64,000 nt of DNA. Origin: an uncultured Eggerthellaceae bacterium. GTDB taxonomy: Bacteria; Actinomycetota; Coriobacteriia; Coriobacteriales; Eggerthellaceae. Position 1 is the stretch's first letter, and every line of letters begins with the position of its first letter. Positions 47,538 to 56,744 of the stretch are shown here, piece after piece. A program made the translations under genes and the position numbers. Location of the stretch: assembly GCA_964477115.1 (NCBI GenBank), contig CAYZCY010000002.1, positions 1,917 through 65,916 of the forward strand. Direction: 5' to 3'. The notes below the pieces were generated by a model. The model did not search any database and was not told the origin of the DNA. It saw only the letters and a program-made list of their open reading frames with translations.

Positions 47538-48515
47538 TTAGTTGGCGGAATAACCGAAGCCGAACTCATCGAAACCGTATTCGTCAAAATCGTCATGACC
47601 GTGATGATGGTGTCCGCAATCGCAGTCGTCGTCATCGCAGTCGCAGGAATGACCGCCGTATACCTCTTCAGCACGCGTCCAGTCAAGCCCCGCCTCGGCG
47701 CAAGCCCCCTCTTCTCCATACACAAGAGATAGGGCAGCCGGGGACTTATCGGCTCCGCCAATCACGGCGAGAAGCTCGAGCAAATGACTTGCAGCCTCCG
47801 CCTGGGGAAGAATAAGCTCGGCGTCATCTGCCGCCATGAGAGCGGCGCTCATCTCGGAAAGCATCATCTCAACGGTGTAGTCACCTTCGAAACGACCGAG
47901 CCTTACCGCATTCATCATAAGCTCTGCCCAAGGAGTGATGGCGCCAGCCTGGGCATCCTCCAAGCCAGACCCCGTCACCGATCGACGGAACGCCCGGTAA
48001 AGGGCGTCTGCCTCGATTGCGGCAATGACCTGAGCCGCAACCTGCACAGAATACGCCGCACGCGCAAGCTGCGCAGTGCCAAATCCACCCGTGGGAACCA
48101 CACGGCTAAAGATGAGGTCGAGAAGCTCACGAGCCCTTTCAATGCCGCCTTCCTCGCCCGCGACGAAGCACGAGATGTTTTCGCGGGCAAAGGCATCTTC
48201 GGCAACCATGTTGTCAACGACAAGGGGGGCCTCCACCATAACGAGATCGCTCACCATGGCAACAGCAGAGAGCTCCCTTGCGAAATTGGGCGTTGCCGCG
48301 GAAAAGTCGATGAGCAAAGAACCCGGAGCCATCATGGAAACAAAGCCCTCGGAACCGAAGTACAGCTCCTCAAGCTCAGCCTGCGTGGTGCAGAAGGTTA
48401 TGGCAATATCAGCTGAGGCGCAGTCGCTTACGCGCACGTAACCCGCTTCGCGCATGCGCGGCGTGATAGCCGCGAGGAATCCCGAATCACCGCTGTATGC
48501 AAACGCCTTAGTCAT
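47538..48515 (-). CDS. Beta-hydroxyacid (HIBADH/6PGDH-type) dehydrogenase-like protein with a Cys/His/Asp-rich C-terminal tail
   Basis: 325 aa. The central region resembles the NAD_binding_2/11 fold (LLIDFSAATP.., VEAPLVV.., GGFGTAQLARAAY). No clean GxGxxG is seen by eye. The tail reads HSCDCDDDDCDCGHHHHGHDDFDEYGFDEFGFGYSAN. Confidence 0.7.
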   Translation of the reverse strand: MTKAFAYSGDSGFLAAITPRMREAGYVRVSDCASADIAITFCTTQAELEELYFGSEGFVSMMAPGSLLIDFSAATPNFARELSAVAMVSDLVMVEAPLVVDNMVAEDAFARENISCFVAGEEGGIERARELLDLIFSRVVPTGGFGTAQLARAAYSVQVAAQVIAAIEADALYRAFRRSVTGSGLEDAQAGAITPWAELMMNAVRLGRFEGDYTVEMMLSEMSAALMAADDAELILPQAEAASHLLELLAVIGGADKSPAALSLVYGEEGACAEAGLDWTRAEEVYGGHSCDCDDDDCDCGHHHHGHDDFDEYGFDEFGFGYSAN

Positions 48516-48518
48516 ATG

Positions 48519-49445
48519 CTAGTTTCCTCCCTTGACCCTTCGTGCGATCTTGTCCGCAACCGAAGATTGCTCACGCTTGTCGCCACCCCAGAAGCTCACG
48601 GCCACCATGCCGGGGCCGACATGACTGCCGATAACCGGACCTATGTTGCACTCGATTACCTGAATGTTGGGATCCGCTTTGAGGAGGAGCTCCTTCAAAC
48701 GAGCGGCATCCTTCGGGCAATCGGAATGGCCAATGGTGACAATCTGCGCCGCCGTCTTCTTGGCGACGTGCTTGGCATAGAACTCAGTAAGCTGCTTGAC
48801 GCCCTTCTTGCGCCCGCGGGCAACACCGGTAAGCGTGAGCTTGCCGTCGACGTCGATGGCAAGCAGGGGCTTGACGTCAAGCGCCGAACCCGCAAGGGCG
48901 ACAGAACCCGGAATACGACCACCTCGACGAAGCGCACCGAGGTCATCCACCATGAAAGATTCGTTGACGAAGAAGCGAGCTTCTTCCGCCCACGAGGCAA
49001 GCTCGGATGCGCTCAGACCGCGTTCGCGCTGGTTGATGGCCTCGAACACAAGCGTGCCCTCGGCAATAGAGGCCAAACGGGTATCAACCACATAGAGCTC
49101 GAAATCGGGATACTCGGCAAGCACCTGGTCGCGCACAAGCATGGCGACGTCAAAGCTGCCCGAAAGACCGCTCGAGAAAGACAGGTACACCGTAGGCACG
49201 CCCGTCTGAGCCGCCATCTCGAAGGCTTCCTTTAAGACGGGAATGGAGAGCTGGGAGGTCGAAGGCTCCGAACCAGAACGCATGGAGTCGTAGAAATCGT
49301 GCGCCGAAACGGTGCGGAACATGTCATCTTCGTATGAAGTGCTGCCCACGATATAGGGAAACTTTAGAAGGTAGACGCCCTCCTGCTCGATAACGCGAGG
49401 AGGAAGGTCGCAACATGAGTCTAAAATGAGATGACACTTAGGCAT
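48519..49445 (-). CDS. DegV-family fatty-acid-binding protein
   Basis: 308 aa with a typical DegV N-terminus (HLILDSCCDLP) and the SSGLSGS motif. AGGAG RBS. Confidence 0.9.
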   Translation of the reverse strand: MPKCHLILDSCCDLPPRVIEQEGVYLLKFPYIVGSTSYEDDMFRTVSAHDFYDSMRSGSEPSTSQLSIPVLKEAFEMAAQTGVPTVYLSFSSGLSGSFDVAMLVRDQVLAEYPDFELYVVDTRLASIAEGTLVFEAINQRERGLSASELASWAEEARFFVNESFMVDDLGALRRGGRIPGSVALAGSALDVKPLLAIDVDGKLTLTGVARGRKKGVKQLTEFYAKHVAKKTAAQIVTIGHSDCPKDAARLKELLLKADPNIQVIECNIGPVIGSHVGPGMVAVSFWGGDKREQSSVADKIARRVKGGN

Positions 49446-49534
49446 GAGAATAGGCTCCTAAGTTCGAGTTCTACTGCATCGAATCAGCTTAACATTAATG
49501 CCTGGCTTTAACCTATAAGGCGCACGCGAAAGAC

Positions 49535-50998
49535 CTACGAGACGGGGGCAATTCCACGAAGCTCGGCAACCAGCTGATTGCGCCTTGCGTGAAGGTCGGT
49601 TTCCATTCCAACGGGATAGGTGTGAGGATTGAGCATGCGCAGCTGGGTCTCATCGAGACGCTCAAGGCCCGCACGGGCACGATCGCGAGCCACAAGAGCG
49701 CTGCGATCATCATGCCCGAGAACGAGCTTGCCACATCGGGCAAGGGGCATAAGAAGGTCTTCGTAGCGCTTGCCCTTAAGGCACTTCTGACGCATGCTGT
49801 CGAGCGGATCAACGATGATCTCGCTATCGCTCACCCCGAAATTCACGTCATAGACCATGTCACCGGCGATACGACCATCATCGTGGTAATAGCGACGAAC
49901 TCCAAGAACACCGGGCATGGTGAGCTTGGCTGCCGACTCTGAGATCTTCAAACGGTTGATCCAGGGCTGGGACTCATCGCTCCTCACAGCCGAGAGCTTG
50001 TATACGCCGCCGAGAGAAGGCTGATCGTAGGCAGTGGCAAGCTTAGTGCCGACACCCCACGAACTCACAGGCGCACCCTCGTCAAGGATGGACTTGATGG
50101 AGTATTCATCGAGATCATTCGAAAGCACGATGCCGCAATCGGTTAAGCCAGCTTCGTCAAGCATGCGGCGAGCCATCTTAGCCAGCCAGGACAGGTCGCC
50201 GGAATCGATGCGGATGGCGCTGAGGTGCTCCCCGCGCTCCTTCATCTCGAGGCCCACGGTAATGGCGTTGCGGATGCCCTGTTCGACATTGTAGGAGTCA
50301 ACGAGCAGCGTGCAGTTGGTCGGGAAGGCCTTGGCGTACTCGCGGAAAGCGGTGAGCTCATCAGGGAAGGCCATAACCCAGGAATGGGCGTGCGTACCCG
50401 ACACCGGAAGCCCGAACATCTCCCCCGCCAAGACGTTGGAGGTGCTGGAACAGCCGCCCACGATGGCCGCCCTCGATGCCCAAAGCCCACCCAGACCCTG
50501 AGCGCGGCGCAGTCCGAACTCGGCAACGGGAGCCCCCTTGGCAGCCCGACATACACGGGCCGCCTTGGTGGCGATGAGCGTTTGGAAGTTTATGAAGTTG
50601 AGCAGCGCCGTCTCGATGAGCTGGCACTGCATGATGGGGCCGACAACGCGCACGATGGGCTCATGGGGAAATACCACGGTGCCTTCGGGTACGGCATCGA
50701 CATCGCAGCTCAGACGGAAGTCCTTGAGATACTCGAGGAACTCGAGATCGAACATGGGACCGCCGCCTGGCGCGGTAAGCGAGGACAGGTAGTCAATATT
50801 TTCCTGCGTGAACTCGAAGGACTCGATCATATCCGCGAGTTGATCCATGCCACACGCAACAGCGTAACCGCCCTTGAAGGGGTAGTTGCGGAAGAACATG
50901 TGGAAGCAGGCCTGCTCCTGACCCTTGCCCGAAGCCCAATATCCCTGAGCCATGGTGATCTGATATAGGTCTGTGAGCATAGCGTGATCGATGCGCAC
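49535..50998 (-). CDS. pncB: Nicotinate phosphoribosyltransferase
   Basis: 487 aa with LTDLYQITMAQGYW at the N-terminus and the FGLRRAQG and GTHAHSW motifs. GTG start with AGGAGG 9 nt upstream. Confidence 0.9.
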   Translation of the reverse strand: MRIDHAMLTDLYQITMAQGYWASGKGQEQACFHMFFRNYPFKGGYAVACGMDQLADMIESFEFTQENIDYLSSLTAPGGGPMFDLEFLEYLKDFRLSCDVDAVPEGTVVFPHEPIVRVVGPIMQCQLIETALLNFINFQTLIATKAARVCRAAKGAPVAEFGLRRAQGLGGLWASRAAIVGGCSSTSNVLAGEMFGLPVSGTHAHSWVMAFPDELTAFREYAKAFPTNCTLLVDSYNVEQGIRNAITVGLEMKERGEHLSAIRIDSGDLSWLAKMARRMLDEAGLTDCGIVLSNDLDEYSIKSILDEGAPVSSWGVGTKLATAYDQPSLGGVYKLSAVRSDESQPWINRLKISESAAKLTMPGVLGVRRYYHDDGRIAGDMVYDVNFGVSDSEIIVDPLDSMRQKCLKGKRYEDLLMPLARCGKLVLGHDDRSALVARDRARAGLERLDETQLRMLNPHTYPVGMETDLHARRNQLVAELRGIAPVS

Positions 50999-51019
50999 CT
51001 TAAAGCGCCTCCTTAGTGG

Positions 51020-52684
51020 CTAGTTGTTCTCGATTCCCTGAACGGAAGACCCCTCACCGGAGCCTCCCGAGCGACGGCGACGGCGCGGACGGCGACGGGG
51101 CGTCTCGTCGCCGTTGCCAGAGCCGTCCTCGCGGACGGCGGATGCGGCATCGGCTTGAGCGCGCAAAGCAGAGGACTTATGCCCCGGGCGCGGACTTGAC
51201 TTAAGGGGCTGAATCTTCTCATGAGGTGGATTATCGGCGGAATTGGAAGATTCCTTGCGCGAACGGGATCGACGCGCTCCACCAGAAGAGGACTTCGATG
51301 CCTGATCCCTGGACTCATCCTGCTTACGGCGAGAAGAGCTCTTGGCCTTACGGGGTTTTTCGGAGCTGGACTCTTTCTCAGATGCAGCCGAGGGATTGAC
51401 TTCTCCTCGAGCTTCAGAGGAGGCCTTGCTGCGGCGGCGCTGGCGCGAAGCGCCTTCGGACCTGTTCTCGGAAGACCTTTCCGCCTTTGACGCCTCACGA
51501 GAAGCCGCATCCTTAAGCTGCACTTTCTCCATGGTTGTGCCTTCAGAAGCCTCGCCCGCATTGAGCTTGGTCGAACGACGACGGCGCGGCTTGCGGGTCT
51601 CGTCCGCAACGGAAGCGGACTCGCGCTCGAGCGATCGCGACCCGCGCGAGTTCTTCGCTGCGCGAGAGCGAGAAGAAGCTGTCTTTTCGCTTTCAGCACG
51701 CTTGCTCTTCTGAGATGCGGGCGTATGGCGAACCGCTCCCCTCTCGGCAAGCTTGTCAGCACCGGTGAACTGAGAGGTGAGGAAGGTGACGGGGTCCTGG
51801 CGATAACCGTTGACTGCTTGAGCCAAGGCAAACTCCCAGGCATCGGAGCTGATGGCGGTAGGACGTGCGCCCTCTTCGGGCTGATCGAAGTCCTCAAGCG
51901 GAATCTTAACGGGCTTCTCTTCGCCAACCTTCACCGAAACGATCTCGCGGGGCACGTCAAGCTCGACGACCTTACCCGGTCCGTCGGGAGTATTGATCTG
52001 AGCGTTCAGCTTGGGGGCCCTGCTCTTAAAGTCCTTGTATGCCTCGTATTCGTAGCGCAGACAGCACATGAGGCGGCCGCACAAACCTGAAATCTTCTGC
52101 GGATTAAGGGAGAGATCCTGCTCCTTGGCCATGCGAATGGACACCGGGCAGAATTCACCTCCCATGCGCTTGCAGCACAGCTCCTGGCCGCAATGGCCAA
52201 GGCCGCCGACGATGCGCGCCTCATCGCGTACGCCGATCTGGCGCATGTCGATGCGTACCTTGAAGTGCGACGCCAGGCGACGAACGAGCTCGCGGAAGTC
52301 AATACGCTCCTCGGCTTCGAAGTAGAAGATGGCCTTGTCACCATCGAAAAGAAACTCCACCGACACGGGATGCATGTCGGGATGAGCCTCGGCGGCAAGC
52401 TCCTTGAAGGCGGGCAGGGCGTCCCTGCTCATCTGCTCGAGCTCTCGGGCCTTTTCGACATCCTCCTCAGAGGCTATGCGCAAAACGGGCTTGAGCGGGC
52501 TTTTGAGCGCGTCGATCTCCTCATCGGAAACTTCGACAAGATCGTTGGCGGCATAGCCGAACTCGGTGCCACGGGCGGTTTCCACGATGACGGGATCGTT
52601 TTTTCTCACCTCGATGTCGCCCGGATCAAACCAGAGCGTACGAGGGTTGTATGCAAGATTAATCGGTGCAACCCGAACCATCAA
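51020..52684 (-). CDS. ricT: PSP1-domain protein (RicT/YaaT homologue) with a long low-complexity C-terminal extension
   Basis: The N-terminal part of about 290 aa has PSP1 features (CGRLMCCLRYEYEAY). The last 250 aa or so are Ser/Arg/Lys/Glu-rich. The gene follows holB as in Bacillus. Confidence 0.85.
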   Translation of the reverse strand: MMVRVAPINLAYNPRTLWFDPGDIEVRKNDPVIVETARGTEFGYAANDLVEVSDEEIDALKSPLKPVLRIASEEDVEKARELEQMSRDALPAFKELAAEAHPDMHPVSVEFLFDGDKAIFYFEAEERIDFRELVRRLASHFKVRIDMRQIGVRDEARIVGGLGHCGQELCCKRMGGEFCPVSIRMAKEQDLSLNPQKISGLCGRLMCCLRYEYEAYKDFKSRAPKLNAQINTPDGPGKVVELDVPREIVSVKVGEEKPVKIPLEDFDQPEEGARPTAISSDAWEFALAQAVNGYRQDPVTFLTSQFTGADKLAERGAVRHTPASQKSKRAESEKTASSRSRAAKNSRGSRSLERESASVADETRKPRRRRSTKLNAGEASEGTTMEKVQLKDAASREASKAERSSENRSEGASRQRRRSKASSEARGEVNPSAASEKESSSEKPRKAKSSSRRKQDESRDQASKSSSGGARRSRSRKESSNSADNPPHEKIQPLKSSPRPGHKSSALRAQADAASAVREDGSGNGDETPRRRPRRRRRSGGSGEGSSVQGIENN

Positions 52685-53816
52685 ATACCTCTCTTACTTC
52701 AAACAGCAAAGTATCTATGCATGTTTCAGGGGATACATTATACGAAATGGCCTCATCGCAGCGGTCAACCGCCCTCAAGGCCAAAGCCACGCGCACTTCA
52801 TCGGTTGCCGATGCGGCATCCTCGATGGCAGCGCGCGCATCTACGTTGATAACCAGCTCGGGAGCAGCCGAGCACACCACCATGACATCACGCAGCCAAG
52901 ACCTGATGATGGCCGTAAGCTGACGAAGGTACTCGGTGGTCTTAGCGGAAAGCGCCCTTTTGTTGCGCGCCTCGATCTGACGAATAGCCGACTTTGCGAG
53001 GAAGTCTGCGTTTTCAGCAAGCTCCGCCTCCTGGGCTTCGCGCACATGATCGAGCGGAGCCTTTGATGCCAGAACCAGATCCGCAGCATAACCGATAACA
53101 TCCCAATCATCGGCACGGCGAAGCGAGGCCAGCACGGTAAGAACGCGATTGCGAAAAGCGAGGCGTTCGTTACCGGGCGCGCGTAAGAACTCAACGGCAC
53201 GCGTGATAGAGCCGCCGCAGGCCTCAATGGCAATGCGGGACATCTCCTTTGAGGCCCCTGTGTTCTGACTCACGATGCCCGCTGCCTCAGTTGCCGGTAT
53301 ATGGCGGAAGGGCACCACCTGGCATCGCGACAAAATGGTGGGCAGAACGCTTTCCCTCGTGCTTCCCAGAAGGATCATAACCACGTTGGCAGGCGGCTCC
53401 TCAAGCGTTTTGAGGAAGGCGTTGGCAGCCGCAGTACCCAAAAGCTCAACGCGGTCGATGATGTACACCTTCACCTTAGCCTGGATGGGGGCGAGGGAGG
53501 TGTCAGCAACGATCTCGCGAATCTGCTCGACGAGATAGCCGTTCGCACCGCCTGGAGCGTAATAGTGGACATCGGGATGCTTCTTGCGCTTCACGCGCGA
53601 GCAGCCCGCGCAGTCGCCGCATTCCCCGCCACGGGGGCCGGCAGGACCCTTCGGGCAGATGATTGCCTGAGCTAGAGCGTAAGCCGCCATGGTTTTGTTC
53701 GAACCCGCAGGACCCGTAAACAAATAGGCATGGCTCACCCTGTCCGACATCATGGACGTACGCAGGAACTCGCGTACCTTAGGCTGCCCCAGTATGTTCT
53801 CGAAAGCATCCGCCAC
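52659..53816 (-). CDS. holB: DNA polymerase III subunit delta'
   Basis: 385 aa with HAYLFTGPAGSNKT and a zinc-module-like CGDCAGCSRV. GTG start 1 nt after the tmk stop. Confidence 0.9.
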   Translation of the reverse strand: MADAFENILGQPKVREFLRTSMMSDRVSHAYLFTGPAGSNKTMAAYALAQAIICPKGPAGPRGGECGDCAGCSRVKRKKHPDVHYYAPGGANGYLVEQIREIVADTSLAPIQAKVKVYIIDRVELLGTAAANAFLKTLEEPPANVVMILLGSTRESVLPTILSRCQVVPFRHIPATEAAGIVSQNTGASKEMSRIAIEACGGSITRAVEFLRAPGNERLAFRNRVLTVLASLRRADDWDVIGYAADLVLASKAPLDHVREAQEAELAENADFLAKSAIRQIEARNKRALSAKTTEYLRQLTAIIRSWLRDVMVVCSAAPELVINVDARAAIEDAASATDEVRVALALRAVDRCDEAISYNVSPETCIDTLLFEVREVFDGSGCTD

Positions 53817-53817
53817 G

Positions 53818-54594
53818 CTAGCCAGCCTTCACGGCGCCACCCGCCGCAGCACGCTTCGAGCCAACACCGCCATAAGGGCCGAATACGTCGTCGAGGATGG
53901 CGAAATAGGCTTCATCGCAAATTTCGCTATCGCGCATCCAGAGAAACAGATCGCTCAACTCGTGGAAGATCATCGCCGCAGTGGTGGACCTATCCCCGCT
54001 CGAATCGATCAGACGAACGCGATCAGGCTCCTCTGCGGCAATAGCGCGAAAACCCGCCGCAACGCGGCTGTGGAAGTCTTGACCCGCCAGCTCAAGACGA
54101 TCGGCCGCCGCACGGTCAGCAACGCGATCTAAGCCCTGCTCGGCGCTTTCGAGAACCAGAAGAATGGTACGATCGGGATTCAAGCCCTGCGTCGAGAACG
54201 CATTGGCCGCATCGACGAAATCGCGGCTCAAACCACGTCCGAAAGACTGATAAGCCACGGTGGAATCATAGAAGCGATCACACAAAACCACCGCCCCTCG
54301 CTCCAAGGCGGGCATGATGACCTCGACGGTAATTTGAGCTCGAGCAGCCTCGTAAATGAGAAGCTCGGCCTCATCCGACATCTTGTCGTGGGCGGGATCC
54401 AAAACCACCGCCCGCAAAGACTCGCCGATCACGGTGCCACCGGGCTCACGCAGGCAAACAACCTCGATGCCGCGAGCCTTCAAGCTGTCGGCCAAAAAGC
54501 GAATATGCGTGGACTTGCCAACGCCATCACCACCTTCGAAGGTGATGAAGACGCCTTTACGCGCAGCGATGCCTGCTCCAAGGTCCCGGCTCAT
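53818..54594 (-). CDS. tmk: dTMP kinase (with a C-terminal extension of about 45 aa)
   Basis: P-loop FITFEGGDGVGKSTH and the LID/DR region. Its ATG abuts the stop codon of the upstream malic enzyme gene. Confidence 0.9.
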   Translation of the reverse strand: MSRDLGAGIAARKGVFITFEGGDGVGKSTHIRFLADSLKARGIEVVCLREPGGTVIGESLRAVVLDPAHDKMSDEAELLIYEAARAQITVEVIMPALERGAVVLCDRFYDSTVAYQSFGRGLSRDFVDAANAFSTQGLNPDRTILLVLESAEQGLDRVADRAAADRLELAGQDFHSRVAAGFRAIAAEEPDRVRLIDSSGDRSTTAAMIFHELSDLFLWMRDSEICDEAYFAILDDVFGPYGGVGSKRAAAGGAVKAG

Positions 54595-55761
54595 CTAGCG
54601 CTCGCCTTCTGCGCGAAGGGCGCAGTCGCTCACAGCCTTGGCCACCGTGGCCGCAACGCGGGGATCAAAAGGATCGGGCATGATGAAATCAGCGTTTAGT
54701 TCATCTTCGCCCACGAGGTCGGCGAGCGCTCGCGCAGCGGCAAGCTTCATGTCGAGGCTGATGCGCTCGGCGCGCGATTCAAGGGCGCCGCGGAAGATAC
54801 CGGGGAAAGCCACGACGTTGTTGACCTGATTCGGGAAGTCGGACCTGCCGGTGGCGACCACATAGGCACCAGCCGCCTTGGCCTCATCGGGATAGATTTC
54901 AGGGACGGGGTTAGCAAGAGCGAACACGATGGCCTTGTCAGCCATGGACGTAACCATATCCGCCGTAATGGCGCCCGGCGCCGAAACGCCGACCACAACA
55001 TCAGCGCCGCGCAGGCCATCCGCCAAGCTGCCCACCTGGTTATCAAGATTGGTATAGGCGAGCATGTCGCGTTGCACCTGATTGCTCGCGCACTCCGAGG
55101 ACACAAGGCCCTTGCTGTTTGCCAGAGTGATATGCGCAAAGCCGTAGGCCAGCATCAAGCGAGCGATGGCAATGCCCGCAGAGCCCGCTCCGTTGATGAC
55201 AACGCGGACGTCTTTCGCACTCTTGCCGACCAGCTTGAGCGCGTTGATGAGGCCGGACAGCACCACGATGGCGGTACCGTGCTGATCATCGTGAAAGACG
55301 GGGATGTCCAGAGCATCGTTTAAGCGCTCCTCGATCTCAAAGCAACGCGGAGCGGAGATATCTTCGAGGTTAATGCCGCCGAAGGTAGGCGCCAGGGCAA
55401 TGACGGTTTCGACGATCTCATCAACGTCCTGGGTATCCAGGCAAATCGGGAAGGCGTTCACGCCGCCGAACTCCTTGAACAGCACGGCCTTGCCCTCCAT
55501 GACCGGCATGGCGGCAAGAGGGCCGATGTTGCCGAGGCCCAAAACCGCGCTTCCGTCGCTTACGACCGCAACGGTGTTGCGCTTGATGGTGTAATCGTAG
55601 GCCTTTTCGGGATCACGGGCTATTTCCTTGCAGGGCTGTGCCACGCCGGGAGTATAGGCAAGCGCCAGGTCATCGCGCGTGGACAGATTCATCTTGGGGC
55701 TTGTTTCGATCTTCCCCTGCCACTGCGCATGCAGATCAAGGGAGCGCTCAGCAATGGTCAT
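54595..55761 (-). CDS. NAD(P)-dependent malic enzyme (short form)
   Basis: 388 aa with LALAYTPGVAQPC, VVSDGSAVLGLGNIGP and VINGAGSAGIAIA. RBS GAAAGG. Confidence 0.9.
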   Translation of the reverse strand: MTIAERSLDLHAQWQGKIETSPKMNLSTRDDLALAYTPGVAQPCKEIARDPEKAYDYTIKRNTVAVVSDGSAVLGLGNIGPLAAMPVMEGKAVLFKEFGGVNAFPICLDTQDVDEIVETVIALAPTFGGINLEDISAPRCFEIEERLNDALDIPVFHDDQHGTAIVVLSGLINALKLVGKSAKDVRVVINGAGSAGIAIARLMLAYGFAHITLANSKGLVSSECASNQVQRDMLAYTNLDNQVGSLADGLRGADVVVGVSAPGAITADMVTSMADKAIVFALANPVPEIYPDEAKAAGAYVVATGRSDFPNQVNNVVAFPGIFRGALESRAERISLDMKLAAARALADLVGEDELNADFIMPDPFDPRVAATVAKAVSDCALRAEGER

Positions 55762-55883
55762 GCATCAGCCTTTCTAAACATTAACCTTCATATTGTAAAC
55801 CTTAGATTTCCTTTATGCCCAGCTCATCACGACCGAATGCTAAACTGTTTCGAAAGACTCCACGAATGAAAGGTCCCCCGGTC

Positions 55884-56744
55884 ATGCAGCTAAGCGCGCA
55901 AACCATTGCCGATGCCGTCTACGATGCGGTCCTTGACTGCGCTACGCACCTAAGACCCGATGTACTTGAGGCTGTCGGGAAAGCCCAGTGCTGCGAAAGC
56001 GAAGGCCGCGCGACACGCATCTTGGGTCAAATCGTGGAAAACGCGCGCATCGCGGATGAGGATCGCGTGCCCATCTGCCAAGATACGGGCTCTGTCTGGG
56101 TTTGCCTTGAAGCAGGCTTTGAGCTTACCATTCCCGGAGATGTGTTTTCGCTTGTAGACAATGCCGTCTCCCGGGCCTACCATGATGGCGCCTTGCGCAT
56201 GAGCATCGTGCGCGACGCCCTCTTCGATCGCGAGAACACGCGCAGCAACACACCCGCTTTCTGCGAGCTCAAGCTCGTTCCCGGCAAGGGAGCCACGCTT
56301 CACGTCATGCTCAAAGGCGGCGGATCCGACAACGCCTCCCGCGTGATCATGCTGGCGCCGGGCGCAGGCAGCGAGGGCATCAAGCAAGCGGTGCTCGACT
56401 GCGTGTGCGACAAGGCGGCCAACGCCTGCCCTCCCCTGCTCATCGGGATCGGCGTGGGATCCACCTTCGACAAGGTGGCGGGGCTCGCCAAGCATGCGCT
56501 GCTCAGGCCGATAGGATCGGCGGCGGCAAGTGCTGAGCACGCGGAGTTCGAAGCGGAACTTCTTGCTGCCGTCAACTCTCTTGGCATAGGACCTGGAGCT
56601 CTCGGGGGCGCTACCACGGCACTTGCCGTACACCTCGAAACCGCACCCTGCCATATCGCGGCGCTGCCCTTGGCTATCAACATGGGATGCTGCGCTATGC
56701 GCTCTCGATCCACAGTCCTCATTGCCGATAAGGATGCGATCTAA
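55884..56744 (+). CDS. Class I (Fe-S) fumarate/tartrate hydro-lyase, alpha subunit
   Basis: CQDTGSVWV motif, and it is followed directly by the beta subunit. I prefer the ATG at 55884. Alternative ATGs lie at 55866 and 55815 (the track start). Confidence 0.85.
   Translation: MQLSAQTIADAVYDAVLDCATHLRPDVLEAVGKAQCCESEGRATRILGQIVENARIADEDRVPICQDTGSVWVCLEAGFELTIPGDVFSLVDNAVSRAYHDGALRMSIVRDALFDRENTRSNTPAFCELKLVPGKGATLHVMLKGGGSDNASRVIMLAPGAGSEGIKQAVLDCVCDKAANACPPLLIGIGVGSTFDKVAGLAKHALLRPIGSAAASAEHAEFEAELLAAVNSLGIGPGALGGATTALAVHLETAPCHIAALPLAINMGCCAMRSRSTVLIADKDAI

Noticed and set aside
51013-51927. A 304-aa minus-strand ORF lies in an alternative frame within the ricT 3' region, and further plus-strand ORFs lie across the same stretch.
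   Set aside because: The region encodes a low-complexity Ser/Arg/Lys/Glu tail, so all frames are open by composition. The alternative ORF is Arg/Pro/Ser-rich, has no RBS, and is not continuous with any domain.
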